A stretch of 64,000 bases of DNA from Bigelowiella natans CCMP2755 (GCA_000320545.1 ADNK01002054.1:1-64000), one strand, 5' to 3'; shown: positions 28,021 through 40,520, counted from the first letter of the stretch. Made by a program: numbers and translations. The notes: generated by a model not told the origin, from the letters alone.

Positions 28021-28330
28021 ATGGAAAACTCACGGAGGAGGCAACCGTGATATCGTACCACTCTCTTGCTCTCCAGCATGACTACTGCCGACCGCAGGTA
28101 CTGGCCAGCCAAAAACACGCCGCCCCCCCCCTTCTCCTGCCGCACCTACTTCATACGACCGTTACGTACGTCATTATACAGGCTGTTGGGATCATCTTCG
28201 TCGCGGCTCAGAAGATTTTGGATAGTGTGGTGGTTTGTGTCGGTGGCAGCACTGTATCTTCTGCGGATGGTCCGTCACATCATCATCATGAGCACTGCCG
28301 TGTGTGTTTGTGTTTGTGTGTGTGTGTGTG

Positions 28331-28396
<66 letters not shown>

Positions 28397-28680
28397 CTCA
28401 CAACCATCCCCCTCCTAGATTCAAAGGCGCACAAAACTCTTGTGGCAACGCCGAAGGCAAATACTGGGGAATGCGATCTCAAAATGCCCAAAGCTCAAGG
28501 TGAGCAGACATCCCGCAGTAAGGAGGCGAAAACTTCAGCCCCATGATGTGTGATAGATGGTGATGGTGGCATCATCCTTTATGATAACATTCCTTAGAAC
28601 GGCTACAGTCCAACTCCATGGCTCATGATAGATCGATATGGTAAAGTTTGTTCAACGAGATCTTTGTTGAACGAGATTGC

Positions 28681-28720
<40 letters not shown>

Positions 28721-29598
28721 TATATGTAGTTACCGCGGCCAGCAGAGATCCTGAATGATCTGATTATGTATGATGAAGGGACCTTGATGACGATAATCAC
28801 GCACACAATGCAAAGATTGCATAACTTTCTGGCGCCCCTACCGATAAGTTATCGGAGAGAGCTTCTCACGGTCAAAGGTAGTAGTAAAACTATGCATCAT
28901 CGTGCGAACCAACAGTCAGAGTCATAATAGCCAGTTATGCTCATGAAACTGGCGACGTTAGTTTATAATGAAGTACACCTACCACCACTAGATGGCGGAA
29001 CCATTGCCCTGGATTGGGCTGAGACAGATGGCAATGAGGGAGGAGGAGGAGGAAGAGGAGGAGGAGGCAACAGAAGTGATGATGATAGCGTGGTGGTCAC
29101 CAAGGGGAGGCCCACGATCGATGATGATGCCAAGAACACATCATCATCATCATCATCATCATCGTCTTCGTATAACACCAAGTTAAGAGGACAGGGTACC
29201 AGCTGCTCTATAGAACAGACTGCAGTTGCTGCAAAACCACCCGTCGTAATTGTAATGCACGGGCTCTGCGGTAAGTAAGTAAGTAAGTAAGTATGAACGA
29301 ATGACATCTTGCTACCATCGTGCGTGCACTGATAACCCTTCGGTAAGGACGCTGTATCAATGCCGACGTGTTCCTTGTGTGGAGATATGAGTCGTACTTG
29401 AAAGAACATCATTAAAAACGATACAACACACTGCCTGCTGAAATTGTCGATTGTCTCATTCCTGCGACACGGGGGTTGCTAGCCGCTCACAGGACAACGA
29501 CGACGACGACATAAAACCCACTGGTTCTTGTTTTTTGTTGCACACATCCTCGGAATAGCTTTTGAATATCTGAGTCTTTGAGGTAAATCACATATCTC

Positions 29599-29636
<38 letters not shown>

Positions 29637-30614
29637 TCCCCCACCCTCCCCTCAGGGTGTAGTGAATCACCGTATATCGTTCCGCTTGTGAAGAAGTACG
29701 TAGCGACTCGACAGCTAAAAACATCAATGAGAGGAGGATACAGTAGTAGCAGCAGACAGACAGTAGTAGTAGGAGTAGCAACACCCATCCTTAATGAGAG
29801 AAATGAAGAAGCATTCACAACAGTGATAACAACAGTGCAGTGGAAGAGAACACATAATGAAAATAACGATTCTATATGAAAAGAGAATGGAGGCACTTAT
29901 CATCCTAAAATGTGCAGGATTCAAGATAAGGGCTGGGGTGCAGTGGTAATGGTGGCTAGAGGATGCGGAGGGGTGAAATTGACGTCTCCAGGTAGAAGAA
30001 TTGTCGTAGTAGTATGTGTTCGATGTAGTAGGAAGAATCATGGGAACAAACCTGCTTTGTACTTAGCTTCCAAATTGTCAATAAATCAATCTATTTATTC
30101 ACTTTTGTGAGCTGAAACCACATGGCATACTACCAAGGCACATTCACGGCTGCTCGCACGCAGGACTTCGCAGAGGTAGCAGTACTGTGCGGATTCCCCA
30201 ACTGGGCTTTTGTTTCTTTATTTCTTTATTTCTTTATCTACCTCTTGATTCATTTTGCCTTTTTGTTGTGGTTCTTCAATCAACAAGGCAGTGGCGCACG
30301 TAAGAAAGTCAAGGTTCTCTAGATTATCTGTAATAGCGTTTATTCAGCACAATCATTGTTGTGACCGATGAGTTATGGTTGTTGTCGTCATCATTATCAG
30401 GCCTGGGTCACCCGTATTTGCTGTTGGTTTCAGTCTTGGAGCGGGATTGTTAGCCAAGTATCTTGGAGAAACGGTAGATTAGTGCCGGTGTTTGCAGTAG
30501 TAGCAGCAGAAAGTCAATGTAGCGACAATGATGATAATGATGATGACGATGATGATAATATGATGATATGATGACAATAATACTATTCGGTCGTAGTGTT
30601 GTCGTCGTCTTGTA

Positions 30615-30658
<44 letters not shown>

Positions 30659-30987
30659 TGTACAGGGCAATAGATCGGGAATAACGGGAGGGACATGCGT
30701 CTCGATCTCGTGGGATTTTCTCAAACAAACACCAATGTAAAAGGGCCAGAAAGCACTGGGAAGAGGCTAGGAAATAGCACTATGAGAGTAGAAGGGAGCA
30801 GAGAAAGGAGGGGGATGGGCGGCAAAGATGGTGGTGATACGGAAAAAGGATGATAAATGATCACACAAATGGGCAAGATGATATGGGGCTACGATTAGTC
30901 TAGAAGAGATAAGGGTAGAAGGGTTAGGAATGAGGAAAAGATTCACAAGACAATGTCCGCGCGTGCTGTGTGTGTGTGTGCGCGCGC

Positions 30988-31024
<37 letters not shown>

Positions 31025-32799
31025 AGTGTGTAAGAATGAAGTATAAGTATTTTCTTCCTATATTGCTGTTCTCTTGTAATTCTTCTCGAATATGTTCTTT
31101 TTCGTCCAAATCAAAGTAATTTGTTAGCATCGTCCTTATTATCATTCCATACATCACTATCAGGTTCCCTCTTTGGAGCAAGCATTTTCTGGTCAACTTC
31201 ACGTTGCGTTGATGGATGGTTGATGCATGGACGTTGATGCATGATTGCTGATGATAAATGATGGTTTCCGGTTGCTTCATGACGATTTATAGCTTACGAA
31301 TTTTAAATGATGATAATCGGGATAGGTGCACTCTCTTAAACGGTATGTGAGAGCAAATCATACCGAATTAAAGCTGCATTCATCGCCGAACGTAATAGTG
31401 AAAGTAGAGGTGTATGAGTACAATTTGTAGCATCGTCATCATCTTCATCATCACATCAATTTCAGTCGCAGCAGCAGCATGTTTCAGATCATCAGAATCA
31501 TTTCTTGTCTTACTCATCATCAACTTCAGGTATATCTAGACAAGGTTCTTGAATCTCAGGATGTGCGTGAATTTGACCATCATGCAGTTGTTCCACAGCA
31601 TGGCTACCGGTACCCGTACTAGACTCGAACAACATCGAGAATTCTTTCCCTACTTAATGCTACATCCAATGCAATTTTTAATTTATCAATGTTATCATTA
31701 CTATTATTAGAATGGTGGTATTAGTATTTGATGTTGGAAAAGTATAGTACACTAAGGATCTTTGATGATAGATCTTATGGCTTCTCTTTTCGCACTCCTA
31801 TTTGCCTTTCTTATCTTGCGTGTTGACGATTAGATTGCGTTGGTGAGAGTCTCATATGAGTGAAATTAAACCCCACCCTCTATTACATCCAGATTCGTCG
31901 AATCTTTTTCACACCTTTGTCTGTCTACAACAGAGATGTTGACGATTACTACACAGATGCGAGTGCCATTAGAGTAAGTGCTGACATCGCTACTATCGAG
32001 ATAATTCAAATTTTAGTCTAAATCACTGCCATTCAGTTACAATGTCGTCATTATTGGTGTAGGTATGCAACAAGATTTGTACGCCTACTCTAGCCATTAT
32101 CTCGGACGACGATCCGGTAGAAAATCAATGTCGTCAGCCCTTATTTCCTTCATCCCAACGATTAAAGCAGATAAAATTGCCGGATTTCCATTTTCCTCCT
32201 CATCTTCTGCCTTCTCGACTTCTTACTCTCTCACTCCTTTCTCTCTCCAACCCTCCCTTCTGCAATCAGGTGTGTTCTTCAGAAGGAACTCCCACAGACG
32301 AAAAGCAGCTTGGGCCAGGTCGCCATCACTTAATCCTAAGTATATGAATTCAATTTTTCCGGTCATGATTGAGCTGTAAATCCGCACACAGAAACACAAC
32401 TACACAAACATACGCACATGTAGTGCGCACAGTGCATAGTACCTATGCCGTACACAGGAGTCGTAATCGTTCGCACGAGCTACGGTGGTCATGTGGCTTA
32501 CGGGCAGGTGGCAGAGCCCTGATGTGATGACTAAAGATCATTGTGATGAATGAAAGCAACAAAGAAAAAGATGATGATGATGGTGTGGTGGAAACATGTG
32601 ACCACTGATGATGAATTTGCAATGTTGTCTTGCTAGACTGGCATAACATTGAAAGCAAAATCTGGTTTGTCGTTAATTCTCTGTCCTTCTGGCTGATCTG
32701 CAGAATTGGGTACCGTCGCGTGAGAGTTGGGCTCATGACGTGGCATTGGAATGGTTTGAAGCTTTGAAATCCTCAGCTCCGGGAGGAAGTGGTTCATGA
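28021..32799 (+). CDS. Alpha/beta hydrolase, ABHD1/3-YheT-Eht1 family
   Basis: DGGTIALDW, PVVIVMHGLCG, VVMVARGCGG, AVGFSLGA (nucleophile Ser), VREFD, DVDDYYTDAS, PTLAIISDDDP (Asp), TSYGGHVAY (His); stop TGA at 32797-32799. Start is either 28021 (needs a GC donor) or 28078. Confidence 0.92.
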
Positions 32800-32849
32800 T
32801 GCGCACATTGTGCAGTCTGGCCACATTGACATGCTAGCATGGCAGTGCT

Positions 32850-33990
32850 CTGTGTGTTGCATGTGCACACATACACACGAGATGATCAATTACTCATGTC
32901 AAAATCGCAGAATTGTGAGTTTGGAATCACGTTCAACAAGATTCAAAAAAATTCAAAGTGGCCGCTGAAAATCGTCATCAACATGATGAGCCGGAATGGC
33001 TGCGAATTCCAAACAGCACAAATTGCGTGCATGGGTCTGACTAGCTGAGCCTTTGCATCGCTCATTCACTTGCGTGCCCATTGCAGTGCTAAATTGCAGA
33101 AACAAAACACCAGCACAGTGCATGCGTGCCGTGTGCCCTGTTGCGAGATTCCAACACTCCATCTTGACCAGAACAAACAAGTCGCAGCCTTGAATTCTAG
33201 AATTGTGCACCGCCGCGTCTCAGAAGCAGCAAGTTTTGGCAAACTGTCGTCACAAACATTGGGAAGCATGCAAGCACGCCCGGACTCGCCACTAGCTAGC
33301 TAGTGTCAGTCCAGCGTGCGCTCAGCGAAGGGTGCCTCACTAGCTCAAGCTCAACCGACGCAGTTTCCTCCAGTCTAGCAGTTCCTCATCTGATCCTCTA
33401 GGCCCTGTCTGGGACACGGAGGACTGCTCTAGTGTGCTCTAGTGCTGATCACGTTTGCGGTCATCGTGTGTGTACTCGTGCCACTGATGGCGGCATGCTC
33501 AGCTTGCATGACTCACTTCAACAATCACAGTGTATCGTGAGGCGTCGGTTGAGGCATGCCAACCAACGAGCTGTTCTGGTCTGGTGGTGTTGCGAGTTGT
33601 GTGTGAAGTTGAGATTGTGGCACCTGAACCGGTGGCCTCATGCCAAAGAGGAATCACAATTCAGGATGGTGACCAGTGTGATGTGCGTGCTGCATGCTGT
33701 GGCGATTGGGAGCACCCAGCAACGGACTGGCGCAGCGCACGTCTGACACGTCCAACCTGGCAACACTTCGTGGCGCGTTGTGACTTTGTCAACCCAGCCT
33801 GCCGTGGGCGTCGGCGACGCGCCTCTAGCAGATGGACAAGCAGAGCACAGAGACGTGCGCGCATGAAGCAAGCCAGGCAGCGGGGATTCGTCACACAGGC
33901 TAGCAGGGTTCGGTCAAGCTCGTTCCTGGGGAGGACAGGCGAGGAGGGAAAACACAACCCGAGAGAGTCACTCGAGTTGTGGATGTAGTC
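32850..33990. other. TpA-depleted, CTAG/TG/CA-rich island; probable eroded gene or mobile-element relic
   Basis: Manual count over 32901-33980: 15 TA dinucleotides, 12 of them in CTAG; ORFs are Cys/His-rich and nearly Tyr-free. Confidence 0.7.
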
Positions 33991-34360
33991 ACTTGAGTAA
34001 CTGCTTGCCAAGTAGATCTATGAATTGGTGTACCTACCATGTCGTTCATCCACAAATTAATGATTTTTTGCTCTTGATCTGTTAGTTTTTCAATGGAGAC
34101 TGCTGATTGTTCGCGCATCAGTCATTTTCACGCTTTGTTTCATCAAGGTGAAAGGGTAAAATGTGTAAAGTAATTCTTAATAATAATGAGACACAGTGGC
34201 CTCATCCTTCCAGAATAACAACTGCAAAACACTTGTAGATGAAGGCTATATTCAATAATAAATATCTAAAATAGGCATGTCGCAGAAGGATATTTTAATG
34301 GTATGTGTCCTAATAGAGACTAATAATGTGTCGCAATTTCGATCTTAAAGTCGAACTCGA

Positions 34361-36010
34361 ATGCGTTCGTACATGCGTTCGTGCTTCGCACGCATCCTCA
34401 TACTTGTCCTGACCCCACCGGCTATTGATGGATCTAAGCCACGAGATACCTATTCCCAGCTGTTTGTCTCTGATTCTTCTGAGTTCACACAGGAAGAAGC
34501 AAAAGTGAACGGATCCCTTCCTGAGTACCTAAATGGAAAGTACATTCACAATGGTTGTGGCTCTTTTGAATTCAACAATCGTTCGTTCAGCCACACATTT
34601 GATTGCTATGGAAAACTTCATATGTGGGAGTTTACCGATGGAAACGTCGTGTTTTCCTCAAGAATGTTGACTTCAAACTTCTACAACGAGTCAGCCAGAC
34701 GAAACATCGTCTTCCCAGAGGTGTTCTTTGGAGTCGAGTCCCCTCGCTTCGACTTAAAGGAGAGGATGGAAGCTATCATGAACAGCAAACCTGGCCCTAA
34801 GGGAGCAGATAATATGAACGTTAATCTCTGGGACTTTGGATTTGAGGATGACACGATCCTCGCCTTAACCGACTCATTCAACTACCTAAAAATCAATACA
34901 AATACACTTCAAGCAACACCATTTGTGTTTGACAACATGGACTTTAGTGAGAATGGTTCAATGTCTCCCGCTCACCCTCAACGTGTACCCGACGGCTCTG
35001 GCTCAACCATTTCATGCGTCTTAAAAACCACTAACATGATGACAAACAATGGGAGGATTACGTTATTTAGACAAGAAAAAGGCGCAACACAGCTTCAGTC
35101 GTTCTTTACAACAGAAGTTCCCATTGCACACTATGTCCATTCTTTCTCAATCACAGAAAATTACGTCGTTGTGGCTCTCTATCCAACGTATATGCGGGAG
35201 ATGTGCGTAACTGGCTCACTAAGAAATAATTGGAGAGGCGTTGAGGAATGTTTCACATGGGATGGAAAACTGAATAAGACGACGTTGTTGGTAGTTTCGC
35301 ACAAGACTGGGGAGCAAGTTACTACGTCAGATGTTCCCCCTTTCTTCAGTTTCCATCACATTAATGCTTATGAGGACAGCAAGGGTCAAATCGTTGTCGA
35401 TCTCATCTCAAATATCGACTCCTCCATCATCCAATCAGAAGTCTTCGCCTCCAAAACGATGTTAGACTGGGAAGCTCGTGATGCTTTTAAGAAAGAATAT
35501 TCTCCCTCAACGTATACACGGATCACAATTGACCATGGTACAGAGGAAAGTCAAATGCAAGAAGTTAGCATCCTTGGAACAGATGGAAGAAAATATCATT
35601 TCGACTTTCCCATAGTAAATCCGAAGGTGGCAGCGAGAAAGCATTGCTTCGTTTATGGAATTGCAGGACCTTTCGCAGGTGACTCAAAAAGCTACAATGC
35701 AACCGCAATTGTCAAAGTAGATCTTTGCTCGAAGGCAAGTAATACATCTGTCGACGTTGCTCCGACCGAACTCTACTTTCCTCCAGCAAACCAGGTGTCA
35801 ACTGGAGACTTTTCATTCGTACCTAATCCGGCTTCAGATGCGGCAGAAGACGATGGGGTATTACTAGGTGTATGGATAAATGGGAATGCAAGGGGGGCGT
35901 CCTACTTGCGGGTGCTTGATGCAAAGACTTTGAAGGAGTTGGCTACTGTGGAGACTCCAGGGGCTCACTTCCACATGCCATTTGGATTTCATGGCCAATG
36001 GTTTGGCTGA
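34361..36010 (+). CDS. Carotenoid oxygenase (RPE65/CCD/BCO family), intronless, with putative signal peptide
   Basis: 549-aa ORF: G.LP.YL.G...NG.G.FE, HTFDCYG, the four iron-ligand His contexts SPAHP, YVHSF, FHHINAYE and PFGFHG, plus FVPNP...EDDGVLL and VLDAKTLKELA. Confidence 0.95.
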   Translation: MRSYMRSCFARILILVLTPPAIDGSKPRDTYSQLFVSDSSEFTQEEAKVNGSLPEYLNGKYIHNGCGSFEFNNRSFSHTFDCYGKLHMWEFTDGNVVFSSRMLTSNFYNESARRNIVFPEVFFGVESPRFDLKERMEAIMNSKPGPKGADNMNVNLWDFGFEDDTILALTDSFNYLKINTNTLQATPFVFDNMDFSENGSMSPAHPQRVPDGSGSTISCVLKTTNMMTNNGRITLFRQEKGATQLQSFFTTEVPIAHYVHSFSITENYVVVALYPTYMREMCVTGSLRNNWRGVEECFTWDGKLNKTTLLVVSHKTGEQVTTSDVPPFFSFHHINAYEDSKGQIVVDLISNIDSSIIQSEVFASKTMLDWEARDAFKKEYSPSTYTRITIDHGTEESQMQEVSILGTDGRKYHFDFPIVNPKVAARKHCFVYGIAGPFAGDSKSYNATAIVKVDLCSKASNTSVDVAPTELYFPPANQVSTGDFSFVPNPASDAAEDDGVLLGVWINGNARGASYLRVLDAKTLKELATVETPGAHFHMPFGFHGQWFG

Positions 36011-36765
36011 ACGTGTGCGTGCAAACAAATTGTGTCGAACTCATCATGCTCAGACGCAAATTAATGACAACATGTGTTGTGAAGTTGCTACAACATCTAG
36101 AACATCATCGAACTGATATGCACGCGCATGGCAACGCCTAGCCCGCCTATGCGCCATGCGTGTATGAGCACGGTACGACTAGCAAGCTAGCAAGCAGCAT
36201 GATGCCCATGCACATCGCAGGACCGGCACTGGCTTACAATGCAAACAATGTGCTGTGACCAGCGCGATGATCGTGATGCAATGCTCTTGTCATTTTCGCA
36301 TGCAACAACATGTGTCTATGCAGATGCAAGCAAGACGGATGTAATTAATCAATAAAATTTGATCAATGGTTATCCTTATGTAGCTATGCTACAGCGCTAA
36401 TATTGAATCTGTGCTGGTTTCCGCCATGATGTGTTTCATGCAATCAAATGCATGTTGCACGTGTTATTACAAAAATAATCTTCGCGATGCATAGCCGTAT
36501 AAGCACATTGCAAATTCATCTATAAGGTTATCGCAATATTATAGTGACAGATGCTAAATGTATCATTGTGTGTGTATAGACACAACTTGAGCGCTGTAGC
36601 CGCTGCTTTGCACATCTACATTAGGATGACCATTGAAAAAATTTAAACATTTCATTACATCCGTCTTATATATGATGATGCACATAAGCGGATCGGAAGC
36701 ATTGTAGGAAGTGCTAAATTGTTCAAAAGTAGGACTTCGTTGCTCATACTTCATGAACTCAATGT

Positions 36766-37868
36766 TTACATTTTTGACATTCTGATTCCTGCATCGATTC
36801 GAATGACGGTTCCATTGATGTATTGATTCTCTATGATATGGGTAGCAAGGTGAGCGTACTCTTCAGGGGTCCCCAATCTCTTTGGAAACTCACACTGCTT
36901 TGCAAGTGAAGCCTTTGCCTTTTCGGGGAGTTTCGCAAGCATCGGAGTCATGAACAATCCAGGGGCAATTGTGTTGCATCGAATACCATGCTTTGCAAGT
37001 TCTCTTGCAATAGGGAGTGTCCTGATTAATTGCGAACGGTCTCGTGATGGGGCTACTCATAGAATCATTGCAATTGTATTTCTTACATTGCGACAATGCC
37101 CCCTTTTGAAGCACTGTATGAAGCTTGGCCGATTTGTCCTTCGTAGGCAGCAACTGAATCAAACAAAGGTAGTCGCTTTGAGTCAAAATGAATTAATGTC
37201 GATGCGGATAGGAAGTACTCGAAGCAGTGTTGATTATGATCCCACGTTCTCCATCGATCGGACTATTTGATGCCATCTCCTTCGTTACCATACGAAGAGC
37301 ATTGAACGAGCCTGATAGGTTCACCTTGTATAGAATAATAGGAAATATCACACCATCGTCCAGAATTGAACGAAAAAAGCTTCTCCTTTTTCTAGGAGAA
37401 ATACAGGTCAATTATCTCTCAATCTCATTGTTTTTTTTTTGCAACTTGAAGAGATTTTCAAAGCTAAATGACTTGTAACCTTTAGAACTAGATCAAATAT
37501 GTCCATTCTATGCGGTTTCCCAGAGCGTGACAAAACCTTCGAAGGAGCTGTCATAACAGGACGGCGCAATCATTAGGGGCAAATTATGCAGCACACGAAA
37601 ATTCGTTACCTCCGATACCCGCACAGTTAATAAGGCCACGAATATATCCCATATTTCTTGTGCCTTCGATGGCTCTGGCGATGGAGGCCTCGTCTGTGAC
37701 GTTGACCTTAAAGAATCTGCATTTTTTCCCCTCCATTTTGCGACCTTCCTCCTCGTTCATATCCCAAATCGACACCTTGGCGCCTTGAGCAATTAGAAGC
37801 AGTGAGGTTGCCTTTCCCAGCCCTGAGGCACCTCCGGTAACCACGAAAACAGAACCGTCAATCTTCAT
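36766..37868 (-). CDS. HSD17B10: 3-hydroxyacyl-CoA dehydrogenase type 2 (HSD17B10-like SDR)
   Basis: [104 protein letters not shown]. Confidence 0.93.
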
Positions 37869-38398
37869 GTGATCTTGTGTTCAAAAATGAGAATGATCAA
37901 TAATTCTATGGAAATCCTTCTAGGTCTAGGAAATCCTGTCGGAAATCTATCAAAATATTCTGCTTTTTATTCTTCTTTTCCCTGCTGTTCTTGTTCTTGT
38001 GAATCTTGTTCTTGCTATGGTTTTTGTCATTCTTATACGAAATAATTGGCTTGGAATTTAATCCTACATCATTATTATGCATTTGTTGCCATTGTGGGTA
38101 CTGCACATGTTACTCAGGAATCCATGATGGTACCCTACCGCATACGGGGAAACAGGGAAATTAAGTTCTGTATCTTCTTGTCGTAACTTACTAACTCTGG
38201 AGATTTGTTCAAAACCTGGAGCGTAGCAATCAATCATCACCACCGATATTTTTATTGGCAGATATTCGACATTTTTTATTCATACGACAATGATTTCTTC
38301 CAGTCTCAGCGTGTAAATAACATACATTTTTGTAGCCCAATATTTGATTTGAGCCTTTGGGTGATTGTGGACAAATCGCGCAAGCAAGCAGTGTACCC

Positions 38399-39274
38399 AT
38401 GCTCTCTCGTCGTGCTCTCCGATCCGCATTCTCCTCAGCAAGGAAGGCACTCTTCTCCACAAAGCACGCCCTCCCAGACCTTAATTACGACTATGGGGCG
38501 CTCGAGCCTACTGTTAGCGCTAAGATCATGGAGCTTCACCATTCGAAGCACCACCAAACTTACGTCACTAACCTCAATGCAGCACTTGAGACATACGCAG
38601 ATGCTGAGGCTAAGGGCGATACAGCCAAGATGATTGCTCTTCAGGGGGCAATTAAATTTAATGGAGGTGGCCACGTCAACCACACAATTTTCTGGGAGAA
38701 TCTCGCCCCGACTTCTGCTGGGGGTAGGTTTTGCCAGATATGAAAACGCATGTTTCCTTCCATGACGATGCTTATTGTACACTGCAAGGTGGAGACGGAC
38801 CTACGGGTGATCTTTTGGCAGCGATCGAAGCAAAGTGGGGATCCATGGACAACTTCATGAAATCTTTCAATGCAAAGACTGCTGCAATCCAAGGATCTGG
38901 ATGGGGATGGCTGGGTAGATAACAGAAAATTTGCGGGATCTAACAGCGAGCATATGTTTTTTTGATCCTGATCTCCTCGTAAAAAATATAATGTGCTAGG
39001 ATATTCCGCTGATTCAGGACTTGACATTGTTACAATGGCAAATCAAGACCCGCTGACCTCGCACACCCCCCTTCTTGGAATTGATGTCTGGGAACACGCA
39101 TACTACTTAGATTATCTTAATGCTCGGCCAAAGTACCTTGAAAGCATCTGGAAGGTATATGTTTATCATGGATACATGAAAGAAATGTAGAAAATGGAAT
39201 CATACTAATTCTTATTTTCTTTTAAGGTTGTAAACTGGAAAGATGTTGCAGCCCGATATGAAGCAGCAAAATAG
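38399..39274 (+). CDS. SOD2: Mitochondrial Mn superoxide dismutase, 4 exons
   Basis: Arg/Ser-rich presequence [16 protein letters not shown], then [48 protein letters not shown] and DVWEHAYY. Confidence 0.97.
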
Positions 39275-39499
39275 ACGATTTGTGCAGCAGATGTGAAGCA
39301 TGGAGAAACAACTTCATTGCTAACGTTGTCATCGTGTATCAAAGCGTTGTGCGGCTCATAGTTGGGGCACACACATGTGCTTATCAGTTATTTTGCAGCA
39401 ACCACATGCCATGGATGCGATGCATGAGTGTACATTGCGAGTTGCGAGCTCATGATCGATGATGCATCAGATCTAGCTAGACATGATTACGAACAACAA

Positions 39500-40520
39500 T
39501 TACATGCATGATCCATGCTAGCATGATGCAATGTGCTGAGAACAATGCGATGGCATCACATGTTGATTCCCACATTCTTCGTGCGTTGGTCAAACAGCAA
39601 CAAGTTCTGGGAACAAAAAGTGTCACATTTGTTGAAAAAAAAAACTCATTTCAACCAAGGCACATCGCACCTGGCGAGCCTGTGTTGAGTCGACAAGACT
39701 GGAAGACGTCTAGACGAGCTGGTGCTTGTTGTGTGCTGGTGGAAAGCTAGCTGGACGTGCATAGCGTGCCTCACAAACTGTGCTCTCAGCGCAGCACCGC
39801 AAGCGTGCTCTCACGCCCAGCCAGTCCGTGCAAACAACGAACGAATGGAGCAGGTGCGCACGTCCTCTGCAGATCTTTGCGCACCGCTACGACAGCGGCA
39901 GAACCTTGTCAGCCATGCAGCTGCAAATCAGCGCGCCAGTCTGACTTGGCTGCTCAGTGGGCTCAACCCCGTGAGAACACGCCGCCGCAAACCCCTTGGC
40001 CCAGGACTGGAGGAGACAGTGCAGATGAAAGAACGAGCGAAAAAACGAAGTGATTCCGCTGGTCCGGCTGAAAAAATCATTGGGTCGCCAACTCATCCAC
40101 TTCTCATCAATTAGCCAAAGGAAGAAGAGGTGCTTGCTCAGGGTAGCAGGGCCGAAGTCTGGAAGTGGACAAAGACTGGAAAGAGGGAAAGCAAGTGGGC
40201 CAATGAGACTGCCTTGAACTGAACGCAGTGAAGTCAAGCTAGAGTGAAGTGTTTCCAACGGGTTCAATGAGTTGACTCGTGTTCACTTCGACATTGCCAA
40301 CAAGATGTGCACAAACGCACTTGCAGACAAGCTGGAGCGGTTGAAGAAAGAAAGGAAAAAAGAAAAAGAAAGAGGTTCCGCTGACTGACAACTCAAGACG
40401 TTGTTGAACTCATTCTTCCCAGGTCTCTCCAACAAAGCCGTTGACCATTTGAAAGAAAGAAAGTGGGACTTCATTGTGCCCTGGTACTCGTACTCTCTTG
40501 CTTGGAGACAAGAGTGATTT
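39500..40520 (+). pseudogene. TpA-depleted decayed coding-like relic (transposon fragment or pseudogene)
   Basis: Only 7 TA in 39541-40480 (manual count), all in CTA or TAG context. A purine-rich + strand frame continues through scattered stops (…PLLIN*PKEEEVLAQ…; …LADKLERLKKERKKEKERGSAD*QLKTLLNSFFPGLSNKAVDHLKERKWDF…). No family recognised. Confidence 0.45.

Noticed and set aside
33180-33215. Minus-strand RRCTILEFK resembling a PD-(D/E)xK retrotransposon endonuclease motif
   Set aside because: Too short, with no upstream PD or CCHC context.
34018-34037. A 20-nt GT-AG segment (minus strand) resembling nucleomorph-type tiny introns
   Set aside because: Single instance in a doubtful gene; the other introns I inferred here are longer, so chance is likely.
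32850-40520. CpG-methylation decay as the sole explanation for TG/CA richness of the islands
   Set aside because: CpG remains common there, and CpG decay does not remove TpA or spare CTAG; it may still contribute.
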